The translations under genes were made by a program, and so were the position numbers. The notes beneath the pieces are model-generated. The model did not search any database. It was not told where the DNA came from and was given only the letters and a program-made list of their open reading frames with translations. 64,000 nt of DNA from an uncultured bacterium. Its GTDB lineage: Bacteria > Desulfobacterota_D > UBA1144 > Nemesobacterales > UBA2774. The stretch spans positions 224,001 to 288,000 of the forward strand of contig CAVPJU010000006.1 in assembly GCA_963705505.1 (NCBI GenBank), written 5' to 3'. This document shows positions 54,756-64,000 of this stretch, in pieces (positions within the stretch are counted from its first letter, which is position 1; each line of letters opens with the position of its first letter).

Positions 54756-55403
54756 TTAACCCTTAGTCAAAGGGGTTATTATAATCCTCTTTTCCTCCTG
54801 CTCAACCTTCGTCTCATAACTCACTCCCGGTTCCCGTTTGAGAGTGATGTAAGCGATCCTCCTCTCGGAAGCCGACATCGGCTCGAGCGATACCGGTTTT
54901 TTCATCTTCCTCACTCTCTTAGCCGTTTCCCTGACAAGCTTGGAGATGTTGTCCTCTCTCCGTCCCTTATACCCGTCGACGTCTATGGCGACCCTTTTAT
55001 CCCTGCCGTCATTGCACGTCCGTCCGGCGATTTTGCCGACCACGTACTCGAGCGCCTTTATCATTTCTCCCTTCTTGCCTATAAGGAGCCCTTTGTCGTT
55101 CGTATCCCTTATATCGAGCTTTATTTTTTCGGGGCTCTCTTTTAAGGCGACGGAATAAGTGGGGACTAAATAATTAAGAATTACTTCGAGGGCTTTCTTC
55201 GACCTGAGTCCCTTCTCGCTCAGATTTTCATTTTTGACCGTGATCCTTATCCTGGCATTCCTGCTGCCTATACCAAAAACACCCTTTGAACCCTCACCCA
55301 GTACCTCGATATCGACTTCGCTCCTCGGAATCCCGAGCTCCTCGCATGCGCTTATCGCGGCTTCCGATACCGTTTTCCCTTCCCGTTCAATTACAATTCC
55401 CAT
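54756..55403 (-). CDS. jag: RNA-binding protein Jag/KhpB (EloR)
   Basis: Jag_N (GKTV.EA, GVFGIG), KH (LIGKKG), R3H-like region; follows yidC. Confidence 0.92.
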   Translation of the reverse strand: MGIVIEREGKTVSEAAISACEELGIPRSEVDIEVLGEGSKGVFGIGSRNARIRITVKNENLSEKGLRSKKALEVILNYLVPTYSVALKESPEKIKLDIRDTNDKGLLIGKKGEMIKALEYVVGKIAGRTCNDGRDKRVAIDVDGYKGRREDNISKLVRETAKRVRKMKKPVSLEPMSASERRIAYITLKREPGVSYETKVEQEEKRIIITPLTKG

Positions 55404-55405
55404 GA

Positions 55406-57088
55406 TCAGCCTCCTTGAGGAGCGTTTACACGACGGTTAACGTACATTTGTTGACCTATGGAAAGTATATTGCTAACCGTCCAATAGAGTATCAAACCAG
55501 AAGGTAACCCCCAAAACATTACTGTAAAAATTATAGGCATAAATTGCATCATTTTCATCTGCATCTGCATATTTTCGTTCCCGGTGCTCGGGGTCATCGG
55601 GGTCATCTTCTGAGAGATGAACCAGGACACGCCCATGACAAGGGGGAGTATTCTGAAAGGAATTCCGATCCCCGGTATATCGAATAAATGCTCGGGAGCG
55701 GAAAGGTCGTTAATCCAGAGAAAAGAGCTTTGCCTGAGATCGATAGAATGGAGCAGCACATCATAAAGAGCGATGAACACCGGCAGCTGGATCACCAGCG
55801 GCAGGCAGCCCCCGAGACTGCTGAGGGGATTGATGCCGTGACTCGTATAAAGCTTCATCAGCTCCGAATTCTGTTTAGCTTTGTCGTCCTTATATTTTTC
55901 TTTTAATGCGTCCATCTTGGGCTTGATCTTTTCCATCTTGATCTGCATTTTCTTCATGGACACCATGCTTCTGACAGTCAGGGGAAGGAAAATCAAACGC
56001 ATTATAAGAGTAATTACGATTATGGAAATACCGTAATTGTGGAAATAACTGTTGAGCCATTTAAGAAGGTCAACGAGCGGCTTCGCGAGAAATTCGACCC
56101 ATCCGTAATTAATCGATTCCTGGAGATTATAGCCCACGGCTTTTACGGTATCGTATTCCAGGGGACCCAGATAAACCTCCCAGTTCTTAACAGAGGTTTT
56201 CCCCGCAGGGATGGTGTCTCCGGGGTAACTGTATAACGCTTTGACGAGCCCCTTGTCATCGAGCGGGCTCACCGCGATCGTAGAATCCGCACCCGTTTCG
56301 GGGAGGAACGAAGAAATGAAGTATTTCTGTGAATACCCGAACCAATCTATAACACCCGTGTATACGTAAGGTTCTTTCGGTTTCTTGGTAACCATCTTCA
56401 CACTGTTCGAGACGAGCGCCATAAAACTCATCGTATTCCCGCCCCTGCCTTGCTGCTCGACTTTACCGAACCACTTTATATCGAGTTTCTGCTGTAAGGG
56501 GGAGCCGCTCGGATTGGTCACTTCAAACCTCTGCTTGAGTACATAGCTTGAGGAATCCACTCCATAGATTTTCTTTATAATGATCCCCTCGGGGGACTGC
56601 CACGTAAGGGTAATTTCCTTCGTCCCTTCCGGAACTTTTACATCGCTCTCGCCGCTGTACTCGAACGGGATGAGCTCGGGCGTCTTATATTCTCCGAGAT
56701 TTAACAAAGTGCTGAACCCCGGAGGGGTATTCTTAAAAAGGTCGACCGGGGCGCCGCCGCTTGTGTCCTCTTTAAATTTCTTAAGCTCCCACTTGTATAT
56801 TCTTCCCCCGGCCGTATCTATGACACCGTGATAGAGCGGCGTGTCGATCGTTATCAGCTTGCCTTCGGGAGACGGGTGGATGTTGTCCGAGGCAGTCTCT
56901 TGCTGAAAATCTTCTGACTGATCGGTACTGCCGGCACCCGGAGCTGGCGAGGATTTCTCCGTAACCTGCTGCCCGGCAGGCTGCTTTATCTGCTGCTTTG
57001 TCGGTTTTGAAAAGAAATACGTATATCCGAAAAAAATTAACAGCGATAGTACGAAAAACAGTATTGTATTGATTTTGTTGTCAGTCAT
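55406..57088 (-). CDS. yidC: Membrane protein insertase
   Basis: NYGISIIVIT, GCLPL..Q.P.F, FLWI.DLS, PSGLILYW..SN. Confidence 0.97.
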   Translation of the reverse strand: MTDNKINTILFFVLSLLIFFGYTYFFSKPTKQQIKQPAGQQVTEKSSPAPGAGSTDQSEDFQQETASDNIHPSPEGKLITIDTPLYHGVIDTAGGRIYKWELKKFKEDTSGGAPVDLFKNTPPGFSTLLNLGEYKTPELIPFEYSGESDVKVPEGTKEITLTWQSPEGIIIKKIYGVDSSSYVLKQRFEVTNPSGSPLQQKLDIKWFGKVEQQGRGGNTMSFMALVSNSVKMVTKKPKEPYVYTGVIDWFGYSQKYFISSFLPETGADSTIAVSPLDDKGLVKALYSYPGDTIPAGKTSVKNWEVYLGPLEYDTVKAVGYNLQESINYGWVEFLAKPLVDLLKWLNSYFHNYGISIIVITLIMRLIFLPLTVRSMVSMKKMQIKMEKIKPKMDALKEKYKDDKAKQNSELMKLYTSHGINPLSSLGGCLPLVIQLPVFIALYDVLLHSIDLRQSSFLWINDLSAPEHLFDIPGIGIPFRILPLVMGVSWFISQKMTPMTPSTGNENMQMQMKMMQFMPIIFTVMFWGLPSGLILYWTVSNILSIGQQMYVNRRVNAPQGG

Positions 57089-57099
57089 CCCCTTGTCCT

Positions 57100-57324
57100 T
57101 TACTGAACCGGATCATATCCGCCGGCGCTTAGCGGGTGACATCTCGCGATTCTCTTCAGAGCCAGCCATGTACCCCTCAGGAGTCCGTATTTTTTGAGGG
57201 CATCCACCGCATACTCTGAACAGCTGGGATGGAATCTGCAAGAAGAGGGCAAAATCGGTGAAATCAGATATTTGTAAACCTTGATCAGCGAAGTAGCCAG
57301 ATACACCGGTAATTTCGAAATCAT
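57100..57324 (-). CDS. yidD: Membrane protein insertion efficiency factor
   Basis: [21 protein letters not shown]. Confidence 0.97.
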   Translation of the reverse strand: MISKLPVYLATSLIKVYKYLISPILPSSCRFHPSCSEYAVDALKKYGLLRGTWLALKRIARCHPLSAGGYDPVQ

Positions 57325-57674
57325 GATAATTTGGACCTGATTATTTCCTCAATCTCTTTCTTCGCGAGAGAGTAATCAAGCGTTTCGCTGCCTTTCTTGG
57401 CTACAAAGACCACATCCATAGAACCGAAGAGGGATTTGTTCAGCCTGAATACCTCCCGCAGAACCCTCTTAATCCGGTTCCTCTCAACGGCCCCGGGCAC
57501 CATCTTTTTCCCGATTACAAACCCGGCTCTGGCATATCCGAGCGAGTTTGGAGCGCATAGTATGTTAAAATGCTCTGTACTGAGCCTCCTGCTCTTCCCA
57601 AAAATCTCTTCGTATTCAGAGTTCTTACGGATTTTTAATTCTTTTGGGAAAGATAAACTCACCACAAAGTTCAT
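57321..57674 (-). CDS. rnpA: Ribonuclease P protein component
   Basis: [14 protein letters not shown] motif; operon position. Confidence 0.95.
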   Translation of the reverse strand: MNFVVSLSFPKELKIRKNSEYEEIFGKSRRLSTEHFNILCAPNSLGYARAGFVIGKKMVPGAVERNRIKRVLREVFRLNKSLFGSMDVVFVAKKGSETLDYSLAKKEIEEIIRSKLS

Positions 57675-57820
57675 TTCTTCCAGCGCTGCACCGTGAGACT
57701 GTGCCTGCCCTTTGCAATCCGTCTCTTGAGAGTGCGCCTTCCGCCCTTAGTGCTCATTCTTTCGCGAAACCCATGCACCCTTAATCTCTTTTTTTCGTGA
57801 GGTTGAAAAGTTCTTTTCAT
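57671..57820 (-). CDS. rpmH: 50S ribosomal protein L34 (below ORF-track cutoff)
   Basis: Hand translation [53 protein letters not shown] overlap with rnpA. Confidence 0.97.
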   Translation of the reverse strand: MKRTFQPHEKKRLRVHGFRERMSTKGGRRTLKRRIAKGRHSLTVQRWKK

Positions 57821-58049
57821 AACGCGCCCTAAAAACTAACACGAAATGTTTTTACGGTCAAGAAACAAAAACCCATAGTAACCGATAGATTTTTTCCCGT
57901 TCCCACGCCCATCTGCACCGTCAAGCTCCCTAATTCACACCCCTATAAAACTAGCATAATTGTTAGCGATTGCAATATAAGATAGTCATATCACACTAAA
58001 ATGAGCCCAAATACGGGGTTTGTATATATTGCAACTGCGAAGTATTTTC

Positions 58050-58077
58050 TTGACAAACCGGCCCCGACCCTTATAGT
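58050..58077 (+). promoter_or_regulatory. Sigma70 promoter ~300 nt upstream of the lytic transglycosylase
   Basis: TTGACA-N16-TATAGT. Confidence 0.7.
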
Positions 58078-58083
58078 ATTTTG

Positions 58084-58322
58084 CCGGAAAAGAAAAAATT
58101 TATAGAATTCGTAAAACTTAATGGGAATACTTGAAAAGAATCGTTTTAAAGAAAATACACCGTTTGGAGTGAAAGATTTTATTGACGAACCGATTAAAGC
58201 AGTGAAAACCGTAAAAGAAATATTCATAACGGACTTCGGGTCGTTTAAACCCTTCAAACGAGACAACCTATTTAAAACGGGGTCTGCAAACACTTTAAAA
58301 CCCATACAATCTAAATAAACCG
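58084..58322 (+). ncRNA. Candidate rod-like structured RNA / long 5' leader
   Basis: Nested complementary segments starting at the predicted TSS (see findings). Confidence 0.45.
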
Positions 58323-58379
58323 ACTTACATCTGCTGAAAGCTTTATTGTCCCAATCCCCCACAGCGAGGAGTAATAAAC

Positions 58380-59126
58380 ATGATTCGAAACGTCTATGAA
58401 TTTTTAATTCTTTCTCTACCGGGATTCGTTAAGGTGACTATATTCATTCTTCTCTTCTGTTTTTCAATGATATTCTTCTTGGAATCGAACGATCTGGCGA
58501 TTGAGGAAAAGCCGGCTTTCGCCGGCTTGCTTATAAATCCGGGCAGCGCCGAATATTTAAAGTCCGGCCCATTCTTTGCAATACCGAAGGACAGCGCAGC
58601 TGACGAGCCCGATATAGAAGATATGACGCCCGAGGAGGCGGAGATCTACCTCTTTATTGACAGGCTATCGGATTCAATAAACCCGTCCAACGCGCGTAAG
58701 CTCGCAAAACTTATCGTCGAGGAATGCGACAATTACGAAAACCTCGACCCTTACCTCGTGCTCGCGGTAATTCAGGTCGAGAGCGAATTTTCGCCGAAGG
58801 CGATATCCAAAAGAGGCGCAATCGGCCTGATGCAGGTCATGCCGGGAACGGGGGAATTCATTGCGAAGGAAATGGGCCTATCTTATACCGGACGGAAATC
58901 GCTCTACGACCCGTTCTTAAACGTGAAGGTCGGAATTCATTATCTCTCCTTGCTGACCGAGCGCTACGATTCCATGGAGGACGCTCTCGACGCTTATAAC
59001 AACGGCCCGTCGAATTTTGAAAAGTTTCAGAGCTCGGACAAAAAGCAGTCGAGATATGTGAAAAAGGTGCTTAATCTCAAGAGCCGTCTCGAAGAAGAGA
59101 GCGTGTTGCTTGCCAAAGCCACATGA
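58380..59126 (+). CDS. Membrane-anchored lytic transglycosylase (SLT domain)
   Basis: N-terminal TM; IQVES, GAIGLMQVMP, AYN.G motifs; SD GAGGAG. Confidence 0.92.
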   Translation: MIRNVYEFLILSLPGFVKVTIFILLFCFSMIFFLESNDLAIEEKPAFAGLLINPGSAEYLKSGPFFAIPKDSAADEPDIEDMTPEEAEIYLFIDRLSDSINPSNARKLAKLIVEECDNYENLDPYLVLAVIQVESEFSPKAISKRGAIGLMQVMPGTGEFIAKEMGLSYTGRKSLYDPFLNVKVGIHYLSLLTERYDSMEDALDAYNNGPSNFEKFQSSDKKQSRYVKKVLNLKSRLEEESVLLAKAT

Positions 59127-59201
59127 ATCCTTTAATTATTATTCCGGGCATGTAAGGGTTCAATAATCACACTCAAGGCAGAAAGTGGATTTTCAGATCA
59201 G

Positions 59202-60080
59202 ATGAAATTCGGCATAGCGGTCCCCAATTTCGGCAGTCACGCGAAGCGAGAAGAAATTCTGGAGATCTCGGTACTGGCCGAAGAGCTTGGATACGACTCC
59301 CTCTGGGTAAGCGACCATGTAATAATGCCTGACTCCCACGAGGGGTTCGGAGAGACGTTCCTCGACCCCCTTATAACACTCGCATTCATTGCGGCTAATA
59401 CGGAAACGATAGAGCTCGGAACGAGCGTAATAATCCTCCCCTACAGGAACCCCGTCGTTCTGGCGAAGACGGTCTCCACACTTGATACCCTTTCCCGCGG
59501 AAGGGTAATTCTCGGGGTCGGCGCGGGGTGGCTCGAGGATGAATTCGACGCCCTCGGCGTGTCTTTCCGGGAACGGGGGGCGATCACCGACGAATATATA
59601 GAAATCTTAAAAGAGCTCTGGACGAGCGAGAACCCGCATTATAAAGGAAATTACATCGAATTTTCGGGTATAAAGTTCTCTCCGAAGCCTTTCAGGAAGC
59701 CGCACCCTCCGATATGGGTCGGGGGAGGGAGCACGAGGGCAATCGAGCGCGCGGTCAGGTACGGCGACGGCTGGCACCCCGTGGGACTCACACCCGGGGC
59801 GCTCCGGGAGAAGGCGGATTATCTGAAAGGCCTCCTCCCGGCGGATAAGAAAGACGGCTTCGTAATATCCCTCAGAAGGAACCTCGAGATAAATGAGGAT
59901 AGAGAATTTAACGAGGACGATACACTCCGCGGCGGGAGAGAAAAGATAGCAAGGGGTATTCGGGAATACGGGGAAGCGGGCGTGACACACCTAATCCTTT
60001 ATATACTCGCGGGCGATTTTAAAGGCATTCTGAAAACGCTCAGGGTTTTTGCCGAAGAGATAAGGCCGGGCTTCGAATGA
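59202..60080 (+). CDS. LLM-class (probably F420-dependent) oxidoreductase
   Basis: AEELGYDSLWVSDH, DP, LGTSV, RNP, GVGAGW..EF, PPIWVGG, GDGWHP. Confidence 0.88.
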   Translation: MKFGIAVPNFGSHAKREEILEISVLAEELGYDSLWVSDHVIMPDSHEGFGETFLDPLITLAFIAANTETIELGTSVIILPYRNPVVLAKTVSTLDTLSRGRVILGVGAGWLEDEFDALGVSFRERGAITDEYIEILKELWTSENPHYKGNYIEFSGIKFSPKPFRKPHPPIWVGGGSTRAIERAVRYGDGWHPVGLTPGALREKADYLKGLLPADKKDGFVISLRRNLEINEDREFNEDDTLRGGREKIARGIREYGEAGVTHLILYILAGDFKGILKTLRVFAEEIRPGFE

Positions 60081-60253
60081 TCCGAAGATTGGAATATGAA
60101 GAAGCCGGTCGCTCAGATGTTATAATTCATTAAAACAAACCGCGATCCGATAATGTCCGGACGTCTATTCCCGCATTTACTCCGTTGACACGGACTTTGA
60201 GTTCGTGGGATAATGGGTTTCGGCGTATACTTTAAAAACGGGGAGAAACATAA

Positions 60254-61267
60254 ATGGATTATGAAAACAGGAAATTTACCGCAGCAGCCGTGCAGGCGGC
60301 CCCCGTGTTTCTGAATAAAGCGGAAACCATCGGGAAGATCACGAGCCTGATCGAAGAAGCGGCAGGGAACGGCGCGAGCCTGATAGTATTCCCCGAAGCG
60401 ATGATCCCTTGTTATCCGTATTGGCCCAAGGACATCGGGACCGGGGAGGGAAGGAAGCTCGTCCTGGACGCATACACCGAGCTCTATAAGAACTCGGTCG
60501 AGATACCCGGAAGCGATACGGACAAGCTATGCGAGGCCGCGAAAAAAGCGGGGGCCTACGTCGTGCTCGGGGTGAACGAAAGGGACGGCGGTACGCTATA
60601 TAATACGATCCTCTACATCGACAAGAACGGAACCATACTGGGAAAGCACAGGAAGCTCATGTCCATAGACAGCGAGAAATGCATATGGGGCAATGGCGGC
60701 GCGGAGGACCTGAACGTATTCGATACGGAAGTGGGCAAGGTCGGGGGGTTTTTCTGCTACGAGCACCACATGACCCTCGCAAAGTATGCGATGTTCATGA
60801 AGGGAGAGCAGATACACGCGGGACTCTGGGCCGGGCACGGGTTTGTAAAACCGACCATGGATTTTGCGAGCCGCGAGTACGCATTCGAGGGGCAGGTGTT
60901 CGTCGTCGCATCATCCGGGCACATAACGGAGGACATGGTTCCCGACAGCTTTCCGCTTAAAAAATATACGATGTGGGACTATCCAGGCGGGAGCGGCATC
61001 ATCAGCCCACGGGGGGAGTACTTAGCAGGACCCGTTTACGGCAAGGAAGACATCGTCTATGCGGAGATCGATATGGATACGATAATACGGTCAAAAGCAG
61101 TGATCGACGGCGTCGGGCATTTCTCCAGGCCCGATATATTGAAGCTAGAGATAAAGGGATACAATCCGGACAAAAAGAAAAAGCGGAGCCCGGATCAGAG
61201 CCGAAGACAAAAAAAGTTTGCGAAAGCGCCTGACGGGGAGAAAGGGAGGGCGCGGGCAGGGAATTAA
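60254..61267 (+). CDS. Nitrilase
   Basis: FPEA, HRKL, CYEH catalytic triad; D..GHFSRPD. Confidence 0.9.
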   Translation: MDYENRKFTAAAVQAAPVFLNKAETIGKITSLIEEAAGNGASLIVFPEAMIPCYPYWPKDIGTGEGRKLVLDAYTELYKNSVEIPGSDTDKLCEAAKKAGAYVVLGVNERDGGTLYNTILYIDKNGTILGKHRKLMSIDSEKCIWGNGGAEDLNVFDTEVGKVGGFFCYEHHMTLAKYAMFMKGEQIHAGLWAGHGFVKPTMDFASREYAFEGQVFVVASSGHITEDMVPDSFPLKKYTMWDYPGGSGIISPRGEYLAGPVYGKEDIVYAEIDMDTIIRSKAVIDGVGHFSRPDILKLEIKGYNPDKKKKRSPDQSRRQKKFAKAPDGEKGRARAGN

Positions 61268-61273
61268 AAAAAT

Positions 61274-62818
61274 TCAGCCGCTTTCGTTCTCGATTGACCG
61301 GATTAATTTTTGTTTGAGATCCCAGAGCTTTTCTGAAAGCGAGACGTGATAGATATGGGGGTTCATGATACGCCTGACCCCGGAATCGAGCTTCTCTATA
61401 TCATCCGTCCTTACGATTCTGATTTCTTCTATAGTAGGAAATTCGTATACGGGCTTGCCTTCATCGAGCACCCTGACAAGAAGGGGCTCGGTCCTGCTCA
61501 TTTCATTACGCCTCAAAATCCTGTATTTGGTATGGTCAGAAGGGTGGTGCAGCTTTAGTATGTCACTTTCCATGGGATCGCCTTCGTCTATCGTGAGGAC
61601 GTCAGCAGTCGCGTTTCCCCTTTTGTCATAGATACGCCAGGCCATTTTATTTCCGGGGTTGAGCGTCTTCTTGGGCGTTTCGGATAATTTAATCGCTGGC
61701 ACCCATTCTCCCTTCTCCTTTACGGCGACAAGCTTATACACACCGTCGAGCGCCGAATCCCCCTTTGAGGTTATGAGCCTCGTCCCCACTCCGTAGACGA
61801 GCCTCTTTATGAGACGGTCGGGATCGATCCCGTAGCGCGGAGCCTCCTCTTCGATCTGGGTTATTATCTGCCAGACGACGAGCTCGTCGAGCTGATTGGA
61901 GAGCACTATCTTCGTATCGGGAAATCCCGCGCCATCCAGCATCTTCGCGGACTGTATGGACAGATACGCAAGGTCGCCGGAATCGAGCCTGATCCCGAGC
62001 GGCTTATGCCCTTTGTTTCTGAGCTCTTCGAATACCTTTATGGCATTGGGAACTCCGCTCTCGAGCGTGTTTATCGTGTCGACAAGAAGCAGGCAGTCAT
62101 CGGGATATACTTCCGCATAAGCCCTGAAAGCTCCGAGCTCGCCCTCTCCGAGCGCCATAAACACCTGCACCATGCTGTGGGCATGCGTGCCTTTGGGTGG
62201 GAAGCCGAGCACGTATGAGATTCCGACGGTCGAAGAAAAATCCGCACCCCCAATCAACGCCGCCCTTATCCCCGCGTTAACCCCCAGGTCGTGCCCCCTC
62301 CTCATACCGAATTCGAGAATCGGCTGACCCCGCCCCGCTTCCCTGATACGGGCCGCTTTGGTCGCTATCAGTATCTGGTAATTGAGCTTGTTGAGAAGAC
62401 AGGATTCGAGGATCTGCGCCATAGGGAGGGGTCCCTGAACCACTGTTACGGGGACATTCGGATGCACCACCCTTCCCTCCGGGACTGCAAGCATCGTTAT
62501 TCCGTCGAAATTCCCGTTCTTCCTCAGCCATGCGAGGAAATCGTCGGTGAATACGGGCGCGCCCATCTGACCTGTCTGCGTTTTAAGATAGCTTATCTCC
62601 TCGTCCCCGAACGCTGCGTTTTTCATCCAGTCCACGAGCCACTCAAGCCCCGCATTTACACAGTATCCGGCCTTATGAGAGCCGTAATCCGGATAATTCC
62701 TGAAGAAATGATCGAACTGCGCATGGGTTTCATGAAGCCCGAATCTGTAATACAGCTGGGCCATCGTGAGCTGATACTGGTCGGTAAACAGGATCCCTTC
62801 TGCTATCTTGTTATCCAT
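61274..62818 (-). CDS. pncB: Nicotinate phosphoribosyltransferase
   Basis: [37 protein letters not shown]. Confidence 0.95.
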   Translation of the reverse strand: MDNKIAEGILFTDQYQLTMAQLYYRFGLHETHAQFDHFFRNYPDYGSHKAGYCVNAGLEWLVDWMKNAAFGDEEISYLKTQTGQMGAPVFTDDFLAWLRKNGNFDGITMLAVPEGRVVHPNVPVTVVQGPLPMAQILESCLLNKLNYQILIATKAARIREAGRGQPILEFGMRRGHDLGVNAGIRAALIGGADFSSTVGISYVLGFPPKGTHAHSMVQVFMALGEGELGAFRAYAEVYPDDCLLLVDTINTLESGVPNAIKVFEELRNKGHKPLGIRLDSGDLAYLSIQSAKMLDGAGFPDTKIVLSNQLDELVVWQIITQIEEEAPRYGIDPDRLIKRLVYGVGTRLITSKGDSALDGVYKLVAVKEKGEWVPAIKLSETPKKTLNPGNKMAWRIYDKRGNATADVLTIDEGDPMESDILKLHHPSDHTKYRILRRNEMSRTEPLLVRVLDEGKPVYEFPTIEEIRIVRTDDIEKLDSGVRRIMNPHIYHVSLSEKLWDLKQKLIRSIENESG

Positions 62819-63036
62819 TTCGATCGGTTAAATCACGGATTATTTATTGTTACTTGGGAATCTTCCGGTTTCTAGTAAAAACAAAAATCCCGTTTCTTAA
62901 ATGTATAGATTTTTTTTAACCTTAAGTCAATAACAACGGTTCTTTGGGAAGCCGACATCAAATACTTTAAATTCGTGAATATAAGCTGACGACAATGTTA
63001 CAATTTGAGTAAACGCATGCCGCAATATTAAAATTG

Positions 63037-63065
63037 TTGACAATATGCGATATTCTATATAAAAT
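63037..63065 (+). promoter_or_regulatory. Near-consensus sigma70 promoter upstream of the riboswitch
   Basis: TTGACA-N17-TAAAAT. Confidence 0.75.
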
Positions 63066-63112
63066 TTTGTCATAATAGTAATTTGCAGGTAATGACATAA
63101 TAAATATTGTCA

Positions 63113-63214
63113 TTTTCCGGACGAAAGGGCAAACCATTCGAAAGGATGGAGCGCAAAGCAAAGGGCCTAAAGGGAAAACAACCCACATGGTTGCCATGCT
63201 GCCGAAACGGGAAT
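63113..63214 (+). ncRNA. Cyclic di-GMP-I (GEMM) riboswitch
   Basis: AAAGGGCAAACCATTCGAAAGGATGG-AGCGCAAAGC..GGCCTAAA..TGGTTGCC..GCTGCCGAA matches the GEMM-I consensus (GNRA-capped P2, CGCAAAG junction, P3 receptor). Confidence 0.88.
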
Positions 63215-63322
63215 AAACAGCCACTCAAATACAGCCGGCCTCCCGATTTCCGTTTTTGAAAGAAGCAGCCATCCGAAACAATCCGGAGCCATTACGTTCG
63301 GGGCATGAAGGGGCAGTGCAAG

Positions 63323-63820
63323 ATGGAAACCATCGGCAAAGTATTGAGCATTACCCTCCTTACTATTTTCGGTTCCGCCGCTGCGACAGTGTATCTAGTA
63401 GATTCGAACACAATGCCTTTATTCCTGGGCAAAGAACCCGTCACCTACACTTCGGACACAAGTAAACCCCAAAACGATTCCGGATTTTATCACGTTTCTT
63501 ACCACAGGGAGAGAGAGCGGTTTAAGTACGTGGAACCCGTCGAGGAAAGCGACGAGCCTGAAAACTACAGCGATGTATCGCCCATCTGGGGGCAGAGCTA
63601 CGACTCCGACCCCGCCTCGCCTTATTCGAGCGAGGAAAGGGCCCGAAGGCTCGCGCGGGAAAACTCGATCGATTCCCTGAAAACAAACATAGAATACTGG
63701 AATGGTCAATACGAAAAGGCCCTTAAATCCGGCAGGTCGGGAAATGCGGATACCGCATACCGGAACTATGCGGAGTATATGGAAGCTTTAGGGCTGAAGC
63801 AATCATCCGTTCATAAATAA
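63323..63820 (+). CDS. Hypothetical membrane-anchored/exported protein downstream of the riboswitch
   Basis: N-terminal hydrophobic helix (VLSITLLTIFGSAAATVYLV), acidic linker, helical C-domain; alternative start at 63305. Confidence 0.7.
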   Translation: METIGKVLSITLLTIFGSAAATVYLVDSNTMPLFLGKEPVTYTSDTSKPQNDSGFYHVSYHRERERFKYVEPVEESDEPENYSDVSPIWGQSYDSDPASPYSSEERARRLARENSIDSLKTNIEYWNGQYEKALKSGRSGNADTAYRNYAEYMEALGLKQSSVHK

Positions 63821-63907
63821 GCTCTCGAATCTAAATACTCATTTGCAGGGAAAGCCCCAGTCTCATTGCCCGCGTCCTATGTGATCCCCCCGCGAGAAAA
63901 GAGACTA

Positions 63908-64000
63908 TCATAAGAGAAGGAACAGTTTCGTCAGAAAGAAATCCCCGATAATGATTAAGAGGAGAGCTATTACCACGGTAGACGTCGTAGCCCTTCCGAC
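63908..64000 (-). CDS. mlaE: MlaE-family ABC permease, 3' end only
   Basis: Hand translation VGRATTSTVVIALLLIIIGDFFLTKLFLLL* matches the MlaE C-terminus. Confidence 0.8.
   Translation of the reverse strand, partial: VGRATTSTVVIALLLIIIGDFFLTKLFLLL

Noticed and set aside
58121..58318. 65-aa ORF as a real protein
   Set aside because: No SD and no recognisable motif; the nested base-pairing explains the sequence better. Not fully excluded.

Overview
Bacterial chromosomal window. Gene content suggests a deltaproteobacteria-like organism, possibly Candidatus Dadabacteria (inference, not a database result). Many conserved genes are split by apparent single-base insertions, most likely long-read consensus errors rather than pseudogenes. 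The first ~6.5 kb is AT-richer. It carries a PPIase, a Tat-exported protein, thiI and two paralogous secreted proteins, one ending in a Pro/Thr-rich linker plus a GGGGGC-TM-RRRKK C-terminal sorting signal. These two genes are transcribed divergently from a long PDZ/S41/SH3-like tail protease, and two TMTC-like GT-C/TPR glycosyltransferases lie nearby. Together they are a candidate surface-protein sorting/glycosylation system. The rest is mostly housekeeping (truA, leuB, mfd, SurA-like PPIases, hsp20, groES/EL, purE, tsaC, lemA, lepA, PMM, trpE/G, tadA, jag-yidC-yidD-rnpA-rpmH, pncB, partial mlaE). It also holds NurA plus a stand-alone HAS-barrel gene, a giant PAS/GAF hybrid kinase, two nitrilases, a ThDP enzyme, tandem atypical acyl-CoA ligases and an LLM/F420 oxidoreductase. 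Non-coding highlights: a c-di-GMP-I riboswitch ahead of an unknown gene, a candidate ~110-nt anti-Shine-Dalgarno sRNA convergent with a structured element behind hsp20, a ~240-nt nested rod-like RNA ahead of a lytic transglycosylase, and several apparently leaderless genes. No tRNA, rRNA, CRISPR array or transposase was recognised.
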